In this document: piece after piece, positions 36,377 through 46,499 of the stretch
Position numbering within the stretch: position 1 is the stretch's first letter
Layout of the letters: each line of letters begins with the position of its first letter
Notes under the pieces: generated by a model
What the model saw: only the letters and a program-made list of their open reading frames with translations
Databases searched by the model: none
Told to the model about the DNA's origin: nothing
IMG/VR virus record: IMGVR_UViG_3300027861_000038
Coordinates: 1-56,591 of that record
DNA from: a virus
Lineage: Duplodnaviria; Caudoviricetes
Length of the DNA stretch: 56,591 nt
Reading direction: 5' to 3' (one strand)
Translations under genes and position numbers: made by a program

Positions 36377-38585
36377 AAACTTACATAGGGTTATAGAAGA
36401 CTATATACCAAAGACAGTCCTTGTGAATAAGAACAAGGCTAAGACTTGGACGTATGGATATGACAGTAAGTATGACTTAGTTATAATATCTAAGGACGGA
36501 ACGTTAGGAGATGTCATCGAGATACAGAGTCTAAGAATAGGGCTACCTGCTAAACCGAAGGAATGCTTTAAGAGACATAAGAAAAAATCTGAGCAGTATT
36601 GGGAGAGGGCAGATATACCAAAGGAATTAAATAAGATACAGTCTATATTCCAATGGAATGAGAAGCCATCTGAGTTTAAGGATAGATGGGTGGACTATAT
36701 TGAGAAAGAGTTTGAGAGAAGAGAAGATGGGATGTGGTTTATGTCAAACGGTATCCCTACATATATCACAGGCTCTCACTATATGTACTTGCAATGGGCT
36801 TCTATTGATGTAGGATACCCTGACTTCAGAGAGGCTAACAGGCTATTGTTCTTACATTGGGAGGCTTGCAGGGCAGACAAACGTAGCTTTGGTCAAGACT
36901 ATCTAAAGATAAGACGTTCAGGTTTCTCATTTATGAGTTCATCTGAGTGTGTGAATACAGGGACACTCGCAAAGGATGCGAGGGTTGGTATGCTATCCAA
37001 GACAGGGGGCGATGCAAAGAAGATGTTTACGGATAAGGTCGTGCCAATAAATAGCAGGCTACCTTTCTTCTTTAAGCCTATTATGGATGGTATGGATAAG
37101 CCTAAGACTGAGTTAGCATTTAGGATTCCTGCATCAAAGATTACAAAAAAGAATATGTACGACACATCTACTGATGAGTTGTACGGATTGGATACCACTA
37201 TAGATTGGAAGAACACAGATGATAACTCCTATGATGGGGAGAAGCTATTGCTGTTAGTCCACGATGAGAGTGGTAAGTGGTTGAAGCCAAACAATATATT
37301 AAATAATTGGAGGGTTACTAAGACCTGTCTACGATTAGGTAGCAAGGTTATTGGTAAGTGTATGATGGGTTCTACATCTAATGCATTAAAGAAAGGTGGA
37401 GAGCAGTTTAAGAAATTATATAGAGACTCTGATGTTACAAACCGTAACTCTAATGGTCAGACTAAGAGTGGACTATACTCCTTGTTCATTCCAATGGAGT
37501 GGAATATGGAGGGGTTTATAGACAGGTATGGTATGCCTGTATTCAGGACACCTGAAGAGCCTGTACTTGGGATTGATGGCGAGGAGATAACTCAGGGTGC
37601 TATAGACTATTGGAAGGGCGAGGTTGACTCTTTAAAAAGCGACCCTGATGCATTGAATGAGTTTTACAGACAGTTCCCAAGGACAGAGTCACACGCATTT
37701 AGAGATGAGAGCAAGCAGTCTATATTTAATCTAACCAAGATATATCAGCAGGTTGAGTATAACGACTCATTGATTATGGAGCACCACGTAACTCGTGGGT
37801 CTTTCTCTTGGAAGAATGGTATAAAGGATACAGAGGTAGTATTCAACCCTGACAAGAGGGGACGGTTCTATGTATCGTGGACACCAAGTAAAAACTTACA
37901 GAACAGGGTAGTAGAAAAGAATGGAGTAAAGTATCCGGGCAATGAGCATATGGGTGCGTTCGGATGTGATAGCTATGACATATCAGGAGTAGTTGGTGGC
38001 GGTGGCTCTAATGGGGCACTACACGGAAAGACTAAGTTTAGTATGGAAGATGCACCAAGCAATCAGTTCTTCTTAGAGTATATAGCAAGACCTGATACGG
38101 CAGAGATATTCTTTGAGGATGTGCTAATGGCTTGCGTATTTTATGGTATGCCACTCCTGTGTGAGAATAACAAGCCGAGACTATTATACCATTTTAAGAA
38201 TAGAGGGTATAGGGGGTTCAGTATGAACAGACCCGACAAGCCTGCTAACAAGCTCTCTAAGACAGAAAGAGAGCTTGGGGGTATACCCAACTCAAGTGAA
38301 GACGTTAAACAGGCTCACGCCTCTGCTATAGAGTCTTACATAGAAGAGCACATTGGCTTCAAGTCTGAGGACGAGATGGGCGATTGTGTATTCGTAAGAA
38401 CCTTAGAGGATTGGGCAAAGTTTGACATATCGAACAGAACTAAATTTGATGCGTCTATTAGCTCAGGTTTAGCTATAATGGCAACGCAGAGGCATCTATA
38501 TTTTACTGAGAAAAAAGTATCAAAAATAAAGATTAACTTTGCAAGGTATAGTAATAGAGGCAATACAAGCGAAATAATTAGATGA
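36354..38585 (+). CDS. terL: Terminase large subunit
   Basis: LKIRRSGFS (Walker A-like), LLVHDESGK (Walker B), GSTSN and the nuclease motif AFGCDSYD. Lies upstream of the portal. Confidence 0.88.
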   Translation: MQKDGLNRNLHRVIEDYIPKTVLVNKNKAKTWTYGYDSKYDLVIISKDGTLGDVIEIQSLRIGLPAKPKECFKRHKKKSEQYWERADIPKELNKIQSIFQWNEKPSEFKDRWVDYIEKEFERREDGMWFMSNGIPTYITGSHYMYLQWASIDVGYPDFREANRLLFLHWEACRADKRSFGQDYLKIRRSGFSFMSSSECVNTGTLAKDARVGMLSKTGGDAKKMFTDKVVPINSRLPFFFKPIMDGMDKPKTELAFRIPASKITKKNMYDTSTDELYGLDTTIDWKNTDDNSYDGEKLLLLVHDESGKWLKPNNILNNWRVTKTCLRLGSKVIGKCMMGSTSNALKKGGEQFKKLYRDSDVTNRNSNGQTKSGLYSLFIPMEWNMEGFIDRYGMPVFRTPEEPVLGIDGEEITQGAIDYWKGEVDSLKSDPDALNEFYRQFPRTESHAFRDESKQSIFNLTKIYQQVEYNDSLIMEHHVTRGSFSWKNGIKDTEVVFNPDKRGRFYVSWTPSKNLQNRVVEKNGVKYPGNEHMGAFGCDSYDISGVVGGGGSNGALHGKTKFSMEDAPSNQFFLEYIARPDTAEIFFEDVLMACVFYGMPLLCENNKPRLLYHFKNRGYRGFSMNRPDKPANKLSKTERELGGIPNSSEDVKQAHASAIESYIEEHIGFKSEDEMGDCVFVRTLEDWAKFDISNRTKFDASISSGLAIMATQRHLYFTEKKVSKIKINFARYSNRGNTSEIIR

Positions 38586-41017
38586 AAGAGGTACAAATTA
38601 ATATATCATCTACAAGTTTTCCAAATCAATTTGTGTCGGATGCAGAGAAAAAAACTGTCGAGTTCGGGTTACAGATTGGTCAGGCTATTCAGTATGAGTG
38701 GTTTAGAAAGGATGGAAATTCTTGTAGGTACTACAGTCAATGGAGAGACTTCCAACGATTAAAATTATATGCAAGAGGTGAGCAGTCAGTAGGTAAATAT
38801 AAAAATGAGCTTGCTGTTGATGGAGATTTAAGTTATCTAAACTTAGATTGGACACCTGTACCTATACTTCCAAAGTTTGTTGACATAGTTGTTAACGGTA
38901 TGCAAGACCGTATGTTCGAGCCAAAGGCATATGCACAGGATGCTATGTCTATGTCTAAGCGAAGCAAGTATCAGCAGATGATAGAAGGGCAGATGGTTGC
39001 AAAGCCTATGCTTGAGATTATACAAGAGAAGACAGGGGCTAATCCTTTCACGATGAATCCTGATGAGCTTCCTAATACTGATGAGGAGTTGGCTTTATAT
39101 ATGCAGCTTAACTACAAGCCTGCAATAGAGATTGCAGAGGAAGAGGCTATAAGCACAATATTTGAAAGTAATAAGTATAACGACATAAGAAAGCAGCTTG
39201 ACTATGACCTTACCGTATTAGGTATAGGATGTGCCAAGCACGAGTTCCTTCCCGGTGGAGGAGTAAAACTAAACTATGTAGACCCTGCTAATATTGTATA
39301 CAGCTATACTGAAGACCCTCACTTTAAAGATTGTTTTTATTGGGGAGAGATTAAGACTGTACCTATTACTGAGCTTGTTAAGATTGACACAAGTCTAACC
39401 AATGAAGACTTAGAGACAATATCTAAATACTCTCAAAGTTGGTATGACTACTATGATGTTGCTCAATTCCAACAGAATGATATGTTCTATAAGGATACTG
39501 CGACTCTACTTTACTTTAACTATAAGACCACTAAGAAGGTCGTATACAAAAGAAAGGTAAAGGATAATGGTAATGTATCTATGGTCGAGAAAGACGATAG
39601 CTTTAACCCACCTGAAGATATGCAAGAGGAAGGGAAATTTGAAAAGGTTTCTAAGACTATTGATGTATGGTATGAGGGTGTTATGGTTATGGGTACTAAC
39701 ATTATACTCAAGTGGGATATGATGGAGAATATGGTACGACCACAGTCTGCCACTCAACACGCTATACCTAACTATGTATGTGTTGCACCAAGAATGTACA
39801 AGGGAGTTATTGAGTCTTTAGTTAGAAGGATGATACCATTCGCTGACTTGATTCAGATTACTCACCTAAAACTACAGCAGGTTATATCGCGGGTTGTACC
39901 TGATGGTGTATTTATTGATGCAGATGGTCTAAGTGAAGTAGACTTAGGTACGGGAGCAGCATACAATCCTGAAGACGCTTTGCGACTATACTTCCAAACG
40001 GGTAGTGTAATCGGAAGGAGCTATACAGGAGATGGAGAGTTTAATAATGCAAGGGTTCCTATTCAGGAGCTAAACTCTAATTCGGGTGCATCCAAGACTC
40101 AGATGCTTTTAACTAACTACAATCACTACCTAAACCAAATAAGAAATGTAACGGGACTTAATGAGGCAAGAGACGGAAGTTCTCCTGACCCTAATGCATT
40201 AGTAGGATTGCAGAAGTTAGCAGCATTAAACTCTAACGTAGCTACAAGGCATATACTACAAGGTAGCCTATATATATGTAGGAGTCTATCTGAGGCTATA
40301 ACATACAGAGTAGCTGATATCCTTCAATACTCTGACTTTAAGGATGAGTTTATAAATCAGATTGGCAAGTACAATGTGTCTATACTAAGTGATATAAAGG
40401 ACTTATATATATATGACTTTGGAATATTCATTGAGATGTCTCCTGACGAAGAGCAGAAGGCAATGCTTGAGCAGAATGTTCAGATGGCTTTGTCTAAGGG
40501 AGATATAAACCTTGAGGACGCTATTGACATTAGAGAGATACGAAATCTTAAACTCGCCAATCAATTGCTAAAGGTTAAGAGAATATCTAAGCAAGAGAGA
40601 GAAGAGAAGATGGCTATGCAGCAGCAGCAGATGCAAGCTCAACAGCAGGCTCAGTCTCAGCAGTTAGCAGCACAGGCAGCTCAGATGAAGATACAGGCAG
40701 AGACTCAGGCTAAGATGCAGTACAGACAGGCTGACGTAGCATTCGAGATTGAGAAGATGAAGAACGAGGCTATGTTGAAATCTCAGTTGATGGATAAAGA
40801 ATTTCAACTTAATCTTCAATTAGCACAGATGAACTCACAAGCGTTATCTGATAGAGAGTCTTCAAGAGAGGATGCTAAGTCAAACAGAATTAGCCAACAG
40901 AATACAGAGCAAAGCAAGTTAATTAACCAAAGAAAGAATAATCTACCTCCATTAAACTTTGAATCAAACGAGGATAGCTTAGATGGTTTTGACTTTGCTG
41001 AGTTTAACCCAAGATAA
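38582..41017 (+). CDS. Portal protein
   Basis: 811 aa after TerL, with PILPKFVDIVVNG and a Gln-rich C-terminal barrel as in P22-like portals. Confidence 0.85.
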   Translation: MKEVQINISSTSFPNQFVSDAEKKTVEFGLQIGQAIQYEWFRKDGNSCRYYSQWRDFQRLKLYARGEQSVGKYKNELAVDGDLSYLNLDWTPVPILPKFVDIVVNGMQDRMFEPKAYAQDAMSMSKRSKYQQMIEGQMVAKPMLEIIQEKTGANPFTMNPDELPNTDEELALYMQLNYKPAIEIAEEEAISTIFESNKYNDIRKQLDYDLTVLGIGCAKHEFLPGGGVKLNYVDPANIVYSYTEDPHFKDCFYWGEIKTVPITELVKIDTSLTNEDLETISKYSQSWYDYYDVAQFQQNDMFYKDTATLLYFNYKTTKKVVYKRKVKDNGNVSMVEKDDSFNPPEDMQEEGKFEKVSKTIDVWYEGVMVMGTNIILKWDMMENMVRPQSATQHAIPNYVCVAPRMYKGVIESLVRRMIPFADLIQITHLKLQQVISRVVPDGVFIDADGLSEVDLGTGAAYNPEDALRLYFQTGSVIGRSYTGDGEFNNARVPIQELNSNSGASKTQMLLTNYNHYLNQIRNVTGLNEARDGSSPDPNALVGLQKLAALNSNVATRHILQGSLYICRSLSEAITYRVADILQYSDFKDEFINQIGKYNVSILSDIKDLYIYDFGIFIEMSPDEEQKAMLEQNVQMALSKGDINLEDAIDIREIRNLKLANQLLKVKRISKQEREEKMAMQQQQMQAQQQAQSQQLAAQAAQMKIQAETQAKMQYRQADVAFEIEKMKNEAMLKSQLMDKEFQLNLQLAQMNSQALSDRESSREDAKSNRISQQNTEQSKLINQRKNNLPPLNFESNEDSLDGFDFAEFNPR

Positions 41018-41078
41018 TGAGCAAAAAAAACTATAATATATTTTGCCTAAATTTGCAAACAATTAAATCAAACACATA

Positions 41079-42212
41079 ATGGAATTTAAAGTTAAAGCGG
41101 TAGAAGTCGGAGAAGAGAAGTCAACTCAAGAAATAGAAAGAGAATTACTTGAGAAGCACGAGGAAAAATTAAACCAAGAGGGAGCACCTGATGTTGAGGT
41201 TCAAGAGACACCAAAGGTAACCCTTCAAGAGGAAACTCCTCAAGTAGAGGAGCCGACTAAAGAAGTAGAAACACAATCTCAGGAGCTTACGCTAACTGAG
41301 GAAGACGTTCTTAAATTTATTGGTAATAAATACGGAAGAGAAATCAATTCACTTGATGAGTTCAATCAAGCGAGAGAGGAGAGCGACCCTCTCCCTGAGG
41401 ATGTATCCAAGTATTTACAATACAAAAAAGATACAGGTCGTGGCATTAATGATTTTATGCAATTGCAAAAGAATTATGATGACGCAGAGCCTGAGCAACT
41501 GCTACGAGATTATCTTAGTGCAACCGAGAAAGGGTTGGATGCAGAAGACATTGACATTCTTATGGAGGATTATTCCTATGATGAGGACATTGATGACGAT
41601 AGCTACATTAAGAAAACCAAGTTAGCAAAAAAGAAGACAATTGCTAAAGCCAAAGACTACTTTGCAGAGCAACAGGAAAAATACAAAGTTCCTCTCGAGT
41701 CGAGAAGGGATGGTCTTCCTGATAGCGAAGCGAAAGAGTTGGAGGAATATAGACAATATATAGCTGACGCTAAGACGATAGATGAGCAAAACTCTCGCAA
41801 GAGAGAGGTGTTCTCGAAAAAGACAGATGACGTATTCAACGAGTTCAAAGGTTTTGAGTTCAAATTAGGCGAAGACAAATCTATTTCTTTTTCACCGGGA
41901 GATGCTGCTGAACTTAGAAAGAGTCAATCAGACCCCTCAAACTTTATTAAAAAGTTTTTGGATGAAGATGGAATCATAAGTGATGCGGAGGGATACCACA
42001 AGTCTTTAGCAATGGCGATGCATCCTGACAAGTTTGCTAAGTTCTTTTACGAACAAGGCAAGAGTGCTTCGGCAGATGAGCAGATGAGGAAAATGAAAAA
42101 TGTCAATATGACAACTCGCTCTGCTCCTGAAGTAACACAATCGAAATCAGGTATGCAAATTAAATCTTTGAACAAAGACTCAGGTCGTGGTTTAAAGATT
42201 AGGAAAAGATAA
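41079..42212 (+). CDS. Capsid scaffolding protein
   Basis: Very acidic coiled-coil protein between portal and MCP. Confidence 0.7.
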   Translation: MEFKVKAVEVGEEKSTQEIERELLEKHEEKLNQEGAPDVEVQETPKVTLQEETPQVEEPTKEVETQSQELTLTEEDVLKFIGNKYGREINSLDEFNQAREESDPLPEDVSKYLQYKKDTGRGINDFMQLQKNYDDAEPEQLLRDYLSATEKGLDAEDIDILMEDYSYDEDIDDDSYIKKTKLAKKKTIAKAKDYFAEQQEKYKVPLESRRDGLPDSEAKELEEYRQYIADAKTIDEQNSRKREVFSKKTDDVFNEFKGFEFKLGEDKSISFSPGDAAELRKSQSDPSNFIKKFLDEDGIISDAEGYHKSLAMAMHPDKFAKFFYEQGKSASADEQMRKMKNVNMTTRSAPEVTQSKSGMQIKSLNKDSGRGLKIRKR

Positions 42213-42256
42213 TTAATAAAAAAGTTTAACATTTAAAAAAAAAAGAAAAAAAAATT

Positions 42257-43696
42257 ATGGCAGTATTAGCTACCCCGGGTTTTGATTTAACCCCAAGTGC
42301 TCAACAAGTACCGTTGAGTACAAATTACATCACTAACTTCGACTTCTTGAATCAGTATCTTCCTGATACCTACGAGAAAGAATTCGAGCGTTATGGAAAC
42401 AGAACAGTATCCTCATTCCTTAGAATGGTTGGAGCTGAAATGCCTTCTAACTCAGACCTTATCAAATGGGCAGAGCAAGGAAGACTACACACTAAATACA
42501 CAGACGTTACAACAGGTGCAGCAGCAGCAGCAGACGTTGCTACATTTACAGTAAATGACGTTTTAGTTCCTGCATTAGCATCAGCAGCAACAACACTTGA
42601 GGCTGTTGCTATTCGAGTTGGACAGACAGTTATGATTACTCGTAATACAGCAGTTGTAGGTGACACAAATAGCATAAAAGCTATAGTAACAGCAGTTGGT
42701 TCAGGTACTACAAATCGAGAGATTACAGTTGCATTTTATGACGCAGCCGGTATTACTAACACAGCAGCAGCAGACAAGTTTACAGTATTTGTTTATGGTT
42801 CTGAGTTCAAAAAAGGAACTGAAGGAATGGTTGGCTCATTAGAGTCTGACGATTACATCTTCGAGAACTCTCCAATCATCATCAAAGACAAGTACGCAGT
42901 ATCAGGTTCTGATATGGCACAAATTGGATGGGTTGAGGTAACTACTGAAAATGGAGCTAACGGATACCTATGGTACTTAAAGTCTGAGCACGAAACTCGT
43001 TTACGTTTTGATGACTACTTAGAGACTGCAATGATTGAAGCAGTTCCGGCAGCCGCAGGTTCAGGAGCAGCAGCAGCAGCCGTAGGAGCTAAAGGTTCTG
43101 AAGGTATCTTCTACGTTGTTAACAACCGAGGAAACGTATGGGGCGGAGGTAGCCCAACTACTCTTCTTGAGTGGGATAGTATTATCTCAAGACTTGACAA
43201 GCAAGGTGCGATTGAAGAAAACGTAGTATTTGTTAATAGAGATTTCTCTTTTGACATTGACGATATGTTAGCTGCTCAATCAAGCAACGCAGCCGGTGGT
43301 GTATCTTATGGTCTATTTGACAATGAGAAAGATATGGCATTGAACTTAGGTTTCACAGGATTCCGTAGAGGATATGACTTCTACAAGTCTGATTGGAAAT
43401 ACCTAAACGACCCAACTATGCGTGGTGGATTAACAAGCGGAGCAGTAAACGGACTATTAGTTCCTGCCGGTTCTACTTCAGTATACGACCAAGTAATGGG
43501 TAAAAACGCAAAGCGTCCATTCTTGCACGTTCGATACAGAGCTTCTGAAACTGAAGACAGACGTTACAAAACGTGGATTACAGGTTCAGCAGGTGGAGCA
43601 CAAACTTCAAGCTTAGATGCTATGGAAGTACACTTCTTATCTGAGAGAGCTGTATGTACGTTAGGTGCAAACAACTTCTTCTTATTCCAAGACTAA
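42257..43696 (+). CDS. Major capsid protein
   Basis: 479 aa, with strong codon bias, an A-rich leader, a following terminator and the canonical position. Confidence 0.85.
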   Translation: MAVLATPGFDLTPSAQQVPLSTNYITNFDFLNQYLPDTYEKEFERYGNRTVSSFLRMVGAEMPSNSDLIKWAEQGRLHTKYTDVTTGAAAAADVATFTVNDVLVPALASAATTLEAVAIRVGQTVMITRNTAVVGDTNSIKAIVTAVGSGTTNREITVAFYDAAGITNTAAADKFTVFVYGSEFKKGTEGMVGSLESDDYIFENSPIIIKDKYAVSGSDMAQIGWVEVTTENGANGYLWYLKSEHETRLRFDDYLETAMIEAVPAAAGSGAAAAAVGAKGSEGIFYVVNNRGNVWGGGSPTTLLEWDSIISRLDKQGAIEENVVFVNRDFSFDIDDMLAAQSSNAAGGVSYGLFDNEKDMALNLGFTGFRRGYDFYKSDWKYLNDPTMRGGLTSGAVNGLLVPAGSTSVYDQVMGKNAKRPFLHVRYRASETEDRRYKTWITGSAGGAQTSSLDAMEVHFLSERAVCTLGANNFFLFQD

Positions 43697-43712
43697 GAAG
43701 TAAATTAATAAT

Positions 43713-43749
43713 GGGATGGGGCTACATATGTAGCCTCTCCCTTTTTTTT
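43713..43749 (+). terminator. Intrinsic terminator after MCP
   Basis: GGGATGGGGCTACA-ta-TGTAGCCTCTCCC followed by T8. Confidence 0.85.
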
Positions 43750-43769
43750 AAGAATTAAATTAGAATTAA

Positions 43770-44519
43770 ATGAAAAATAAAAACAAAGTATTTGAAGCTA
43801 AGTCTTACAGGCTTACAAGAGATGTAGCACCTTTATCTTTTATGCTACCGACACAAAACAGTAGAAGATTCCCATTAATGCATTTTGACGAAGACGCAGG
43901 TACTAACCGAGAGCTTCGATATGCACGAAACCAAAAGTCCCCATTTGTAGAAGAGCAAGATGGAAATGCCATTCTTGAACCCGTAATATTTGAAGATGGG
44001 CTACTTCACGTTCCAAAAGAAAACCAAGTATTACAGCAGTTCTTACACTACCATCCCTTAAACGGAGTACAGTTTCAAGAAATAAACAAGGCTAAGGATG
44101 CCACAGAAGAGGTAGACTACCTATTAGTTCAAGCAGACGCATTGATAGAGGCTAAGTCACTTAGCTTAGAACAGCTTGAGAATGTATGTCGTGTACTCTT
44201 TGGTATGGATACATCAAAGACATCCACCGCAGAGATGAAGCGAGACATATTAGTATTTGCTAAGAACAATCCAAGTGACTTCTTAGATGTTATAACAGAC
44301 CCTGAGCTACAGTTAGTAGGAACGGTTCAAAGATTCTTTGACCAAGGGCTATTAACATTTAGAAAAAGTAACAAAGAGGTATGGTTTAATTTATCTTCCA
44401 ATAAAACAAAGTTATTAAATGTACCTTTTGGAGAAGAAGGTATAGATTTAGTTGTCTCTTATATGAAGAGCGATGATGGTATAGATATATTAAAACACCT
44501 TGAATCACTATTAGACTAA
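43770..44519 (+). CDS. Conserved hypothetical protein after MCP
   Basis: 249 aa ORF. Confidence 0.75.
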   Translation: MKNKNKVFEAKSYRLTRDVAPLSFMLPTQNSRRFPLMHFDEDAGTNRELRYARNQKSPFVEEQDGNAILEPVIFEDGLLHVPKENQVLQQFLHYHPLNGVQFQEINKAKDATEEVDYLLVQADALIEAKSLSLEQLENVCRVLFGMDTSKTSTAEMKRDILVFAKNNPSDFLDVITDPELQLVGTVQRFFDQGLLTFRKSNKEVWFNLSSNKTKLLNVPFGEEGIDLVVSYMKSDDGIDILKHLESLLD

Positions 44520-44540
44520 CAAGTTACTCTACCAATATAC

Positions 44541-44574
44541 AAAGACTCCGCAAAAATGTGGGGTCTTTTTTTTT
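44541..44574 (+). terminator. Intrinsic terminator
   Basis: AAAGACTCCGCA-aaaa-TGTGGGGTCTTT followed by a T-run. Confidence 0.75.
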
Positions 44575-44602
44575 GCCTATCTTTGTAATAAAATAAGAGC
44601 AG

Positions 44603-45571
44603 ATGATTAACTCGGTCCGACAGACGGTAATGTCTGTATTGAACAAAAATAATTACGGGTACATAACCCCATCTGATTTCAACTTGTTTGCAAAGCAAGC
44701 TCAGTTAGATATCTTTGAGAATTATTTCTATCAGTACAACTACCAATTAATGAAAGAAAATGCCCGTCAATCAGGAACGGGTTACGCAGATATTACGAAA
44801 GGTATAGAGGAGGTAATAGACTCTTTCTCAGTAACGCTACCATTGCTACAGAACGCAGGTAGTCAGTATTTCTTACCATCTCCAACAACAACTAACAATA
44901 GCTACTATCTTATTAACAAGGTATTAATCTATACTAATCAATTGGCAAGTGGTACTACAGATGCAGTTAATGCAACATTTACGCTTGTAGAGGACTCTAC
45001 AGCAGACTTTACGGCAAGTGGTGTATCAGTAGGAGATATCGTATCAACGGTAACAGGAGGCGTTACATACAATACTATAGTGGCATCTGTGAACAGCTCT
45101 ACTCAGTTAACAGTAGGAGCTACGTCAGGCGTAAATGTATGGGACCCTATTGGTAAGACTTATAATATATATAGGGCATCAGACATAAAGGAAGCAGAGA
45201 AGGTAAGCAATAGCAAGATTACTATGCTAAGTAATTCTATCCTTACTGCACCAAACCTAACATTCCCTGCATACGCACAGGAGGGTGACTTCTTGGATTC
45301 TTATCCAAATACGATAAGTAATATAGGGCAGTTGATTTCTCAGTACATTAGATTCCCATTTGCACCTAAGTGGACATTCATAACATTAGCAAGTGGAGAG
45401 CCTGTATTTGATTCAGGAAGTGCTGACTATCAAGACTTTGAGCTACCATTGGACGATGAGGTTAACTTGGTTAACAAGATTCTACAATACGCAGGTATGT
45501 CGATTAGAGAGATTCAGGCAGTACAGTTTGCACAGGCTGAGGACAACGAGAATACAGCATCAGAAAAATAA
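44603..45571 (+). CDS. Head-tail connector/ring protein
   Basis: VLNKNNYGYITPSDFN...AQLDIF and position after the capsid genes. Confidence 0.6.
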   Translation: MINSVRQTVMSVLNKNNYGYITPSDFNLFAKQAQLDIFENYFYQYNYQLMKENARQSGTGYADITKGIEEVIDSFSVTLPLLQNAGSQYFLPSPTTTNNSYYLINKVLIYTNQLASGTTDAVNATFTLVEDSTADFTASGVSVGDIVSTVTGGVTYNTIVASVNSSTQLTVGATSGVNVWDPIGKTYNIYRASDIKEAEKVSNSKITMLSNSILTAPNLTFPAYAQEGDFLDSYPNTISNIGQLISQYIRFPFAPKWTFITLASGEPVFDSGSADYQDFELPLDDEVNLVNKILQYAGMSIREIQAVQFAQAEDNENTASEK

Positions 45572-45574
45572 CAT

Positions 45575-46498
45575 ATGGCATATATATCACAATATCAATA
45601 CTACGAAAATGGAGGGGCAAGCCCTGAAGATGAAAATTGGGGTTCATACCAATATGTTTCTTTAGAGGATATAGTAAATAATTTTATGTTAATGTACGCA
45701 GGGAACCACTCATTGGTAAACAACGAGCCTCGCTACAAGGTATTGTTCCACGCAAAGAGGGCGATACAAGAATTAAACTATGACGCATTTAAAGAGAGCA
45801 AGATATTAGAACTAAATGTTGGGGCACAGCTTAGGTATGTGCTACCATCAGACTATGTAAATTGGATTAGAGTGTCAATGTACCGTGATGGTCTATTGAT
45901 GCCATTGACTGAAAACATTCAGACCAATTGGTCAAGTGCATACCTACAAGACAATAACGATAGGATACTATTCGATATAGACGGTAACGCATTAAGCCCT
46001 CAGAACTCAAACTTAGACCAAGATAGATTAGATGGGACTAAGCAGTCTATATACCTAAACCAAAACTCTGAGTATTATGGGAGAGCAGGTTGGAATATTG
46101 ATGGGGCTTGGTACTTTGACTATGGGATAGGTGCTCGATACGGATTGAATACAGAGACTGCAAATGCAAACCCTACATTTAAGATAGATGCCAAGGGTGG
46201 TGTAATAAACTTTAGCTCAGGTATTGAGGGAGAGCTTATTGTGCTTGAGTATGTGTCTGATGGTATGGAGAATGGAGACGACAGCAAGGTAACTGTTAAT
46301 AAGTTATTTGAAGACTTCATCTACGCTTACATTGAGTATGCTATATTAAATAGCAAGGTAGGTGTACAAGAGTATGTCGTAAGGAGAGCACAGAAGAGAA
46401 AGACGGCATTACTTAGAAACGCAAAAATAAGAATTAGCAATATACATCCGGGAAGATTATTAATGAATCTAAGAGGAAGAGATAAGTGGTTAAAATAA
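45575..46498 (+). CDS. Tail tube/ring protein
   Basis: AKRAIQEL...LPSDYVNW and position. Confidence 0.6.
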   Translation: MAYISQYQYYENGGASPEDENWGSYQYVSLEDIVNNFMLMYAGNHSLVNNEPRYKVLFHAKRAIQELNYDAFKESKILELNVGAQLRYVLPSDYVNWIRVSMYRDGLLMPLTENIQTNWSSAYLQDNNDRILFDIDGNALSPQNSNLDQDRLDGTKQSIYLNQNSEYYGRAGWNIDGAWYFDYGIGARYGLNTETANANPTFKIDAKGGVINFSSGIEGELIVLEYVSDGMENGDDSKVTVNKLFEDFIYAYIEYAILNSKVGVQEYVVRRAQKRKTALLRNAKIRISNIHPGRLLMNLRGRDKWLK

Positions 46499-46499
46499 T

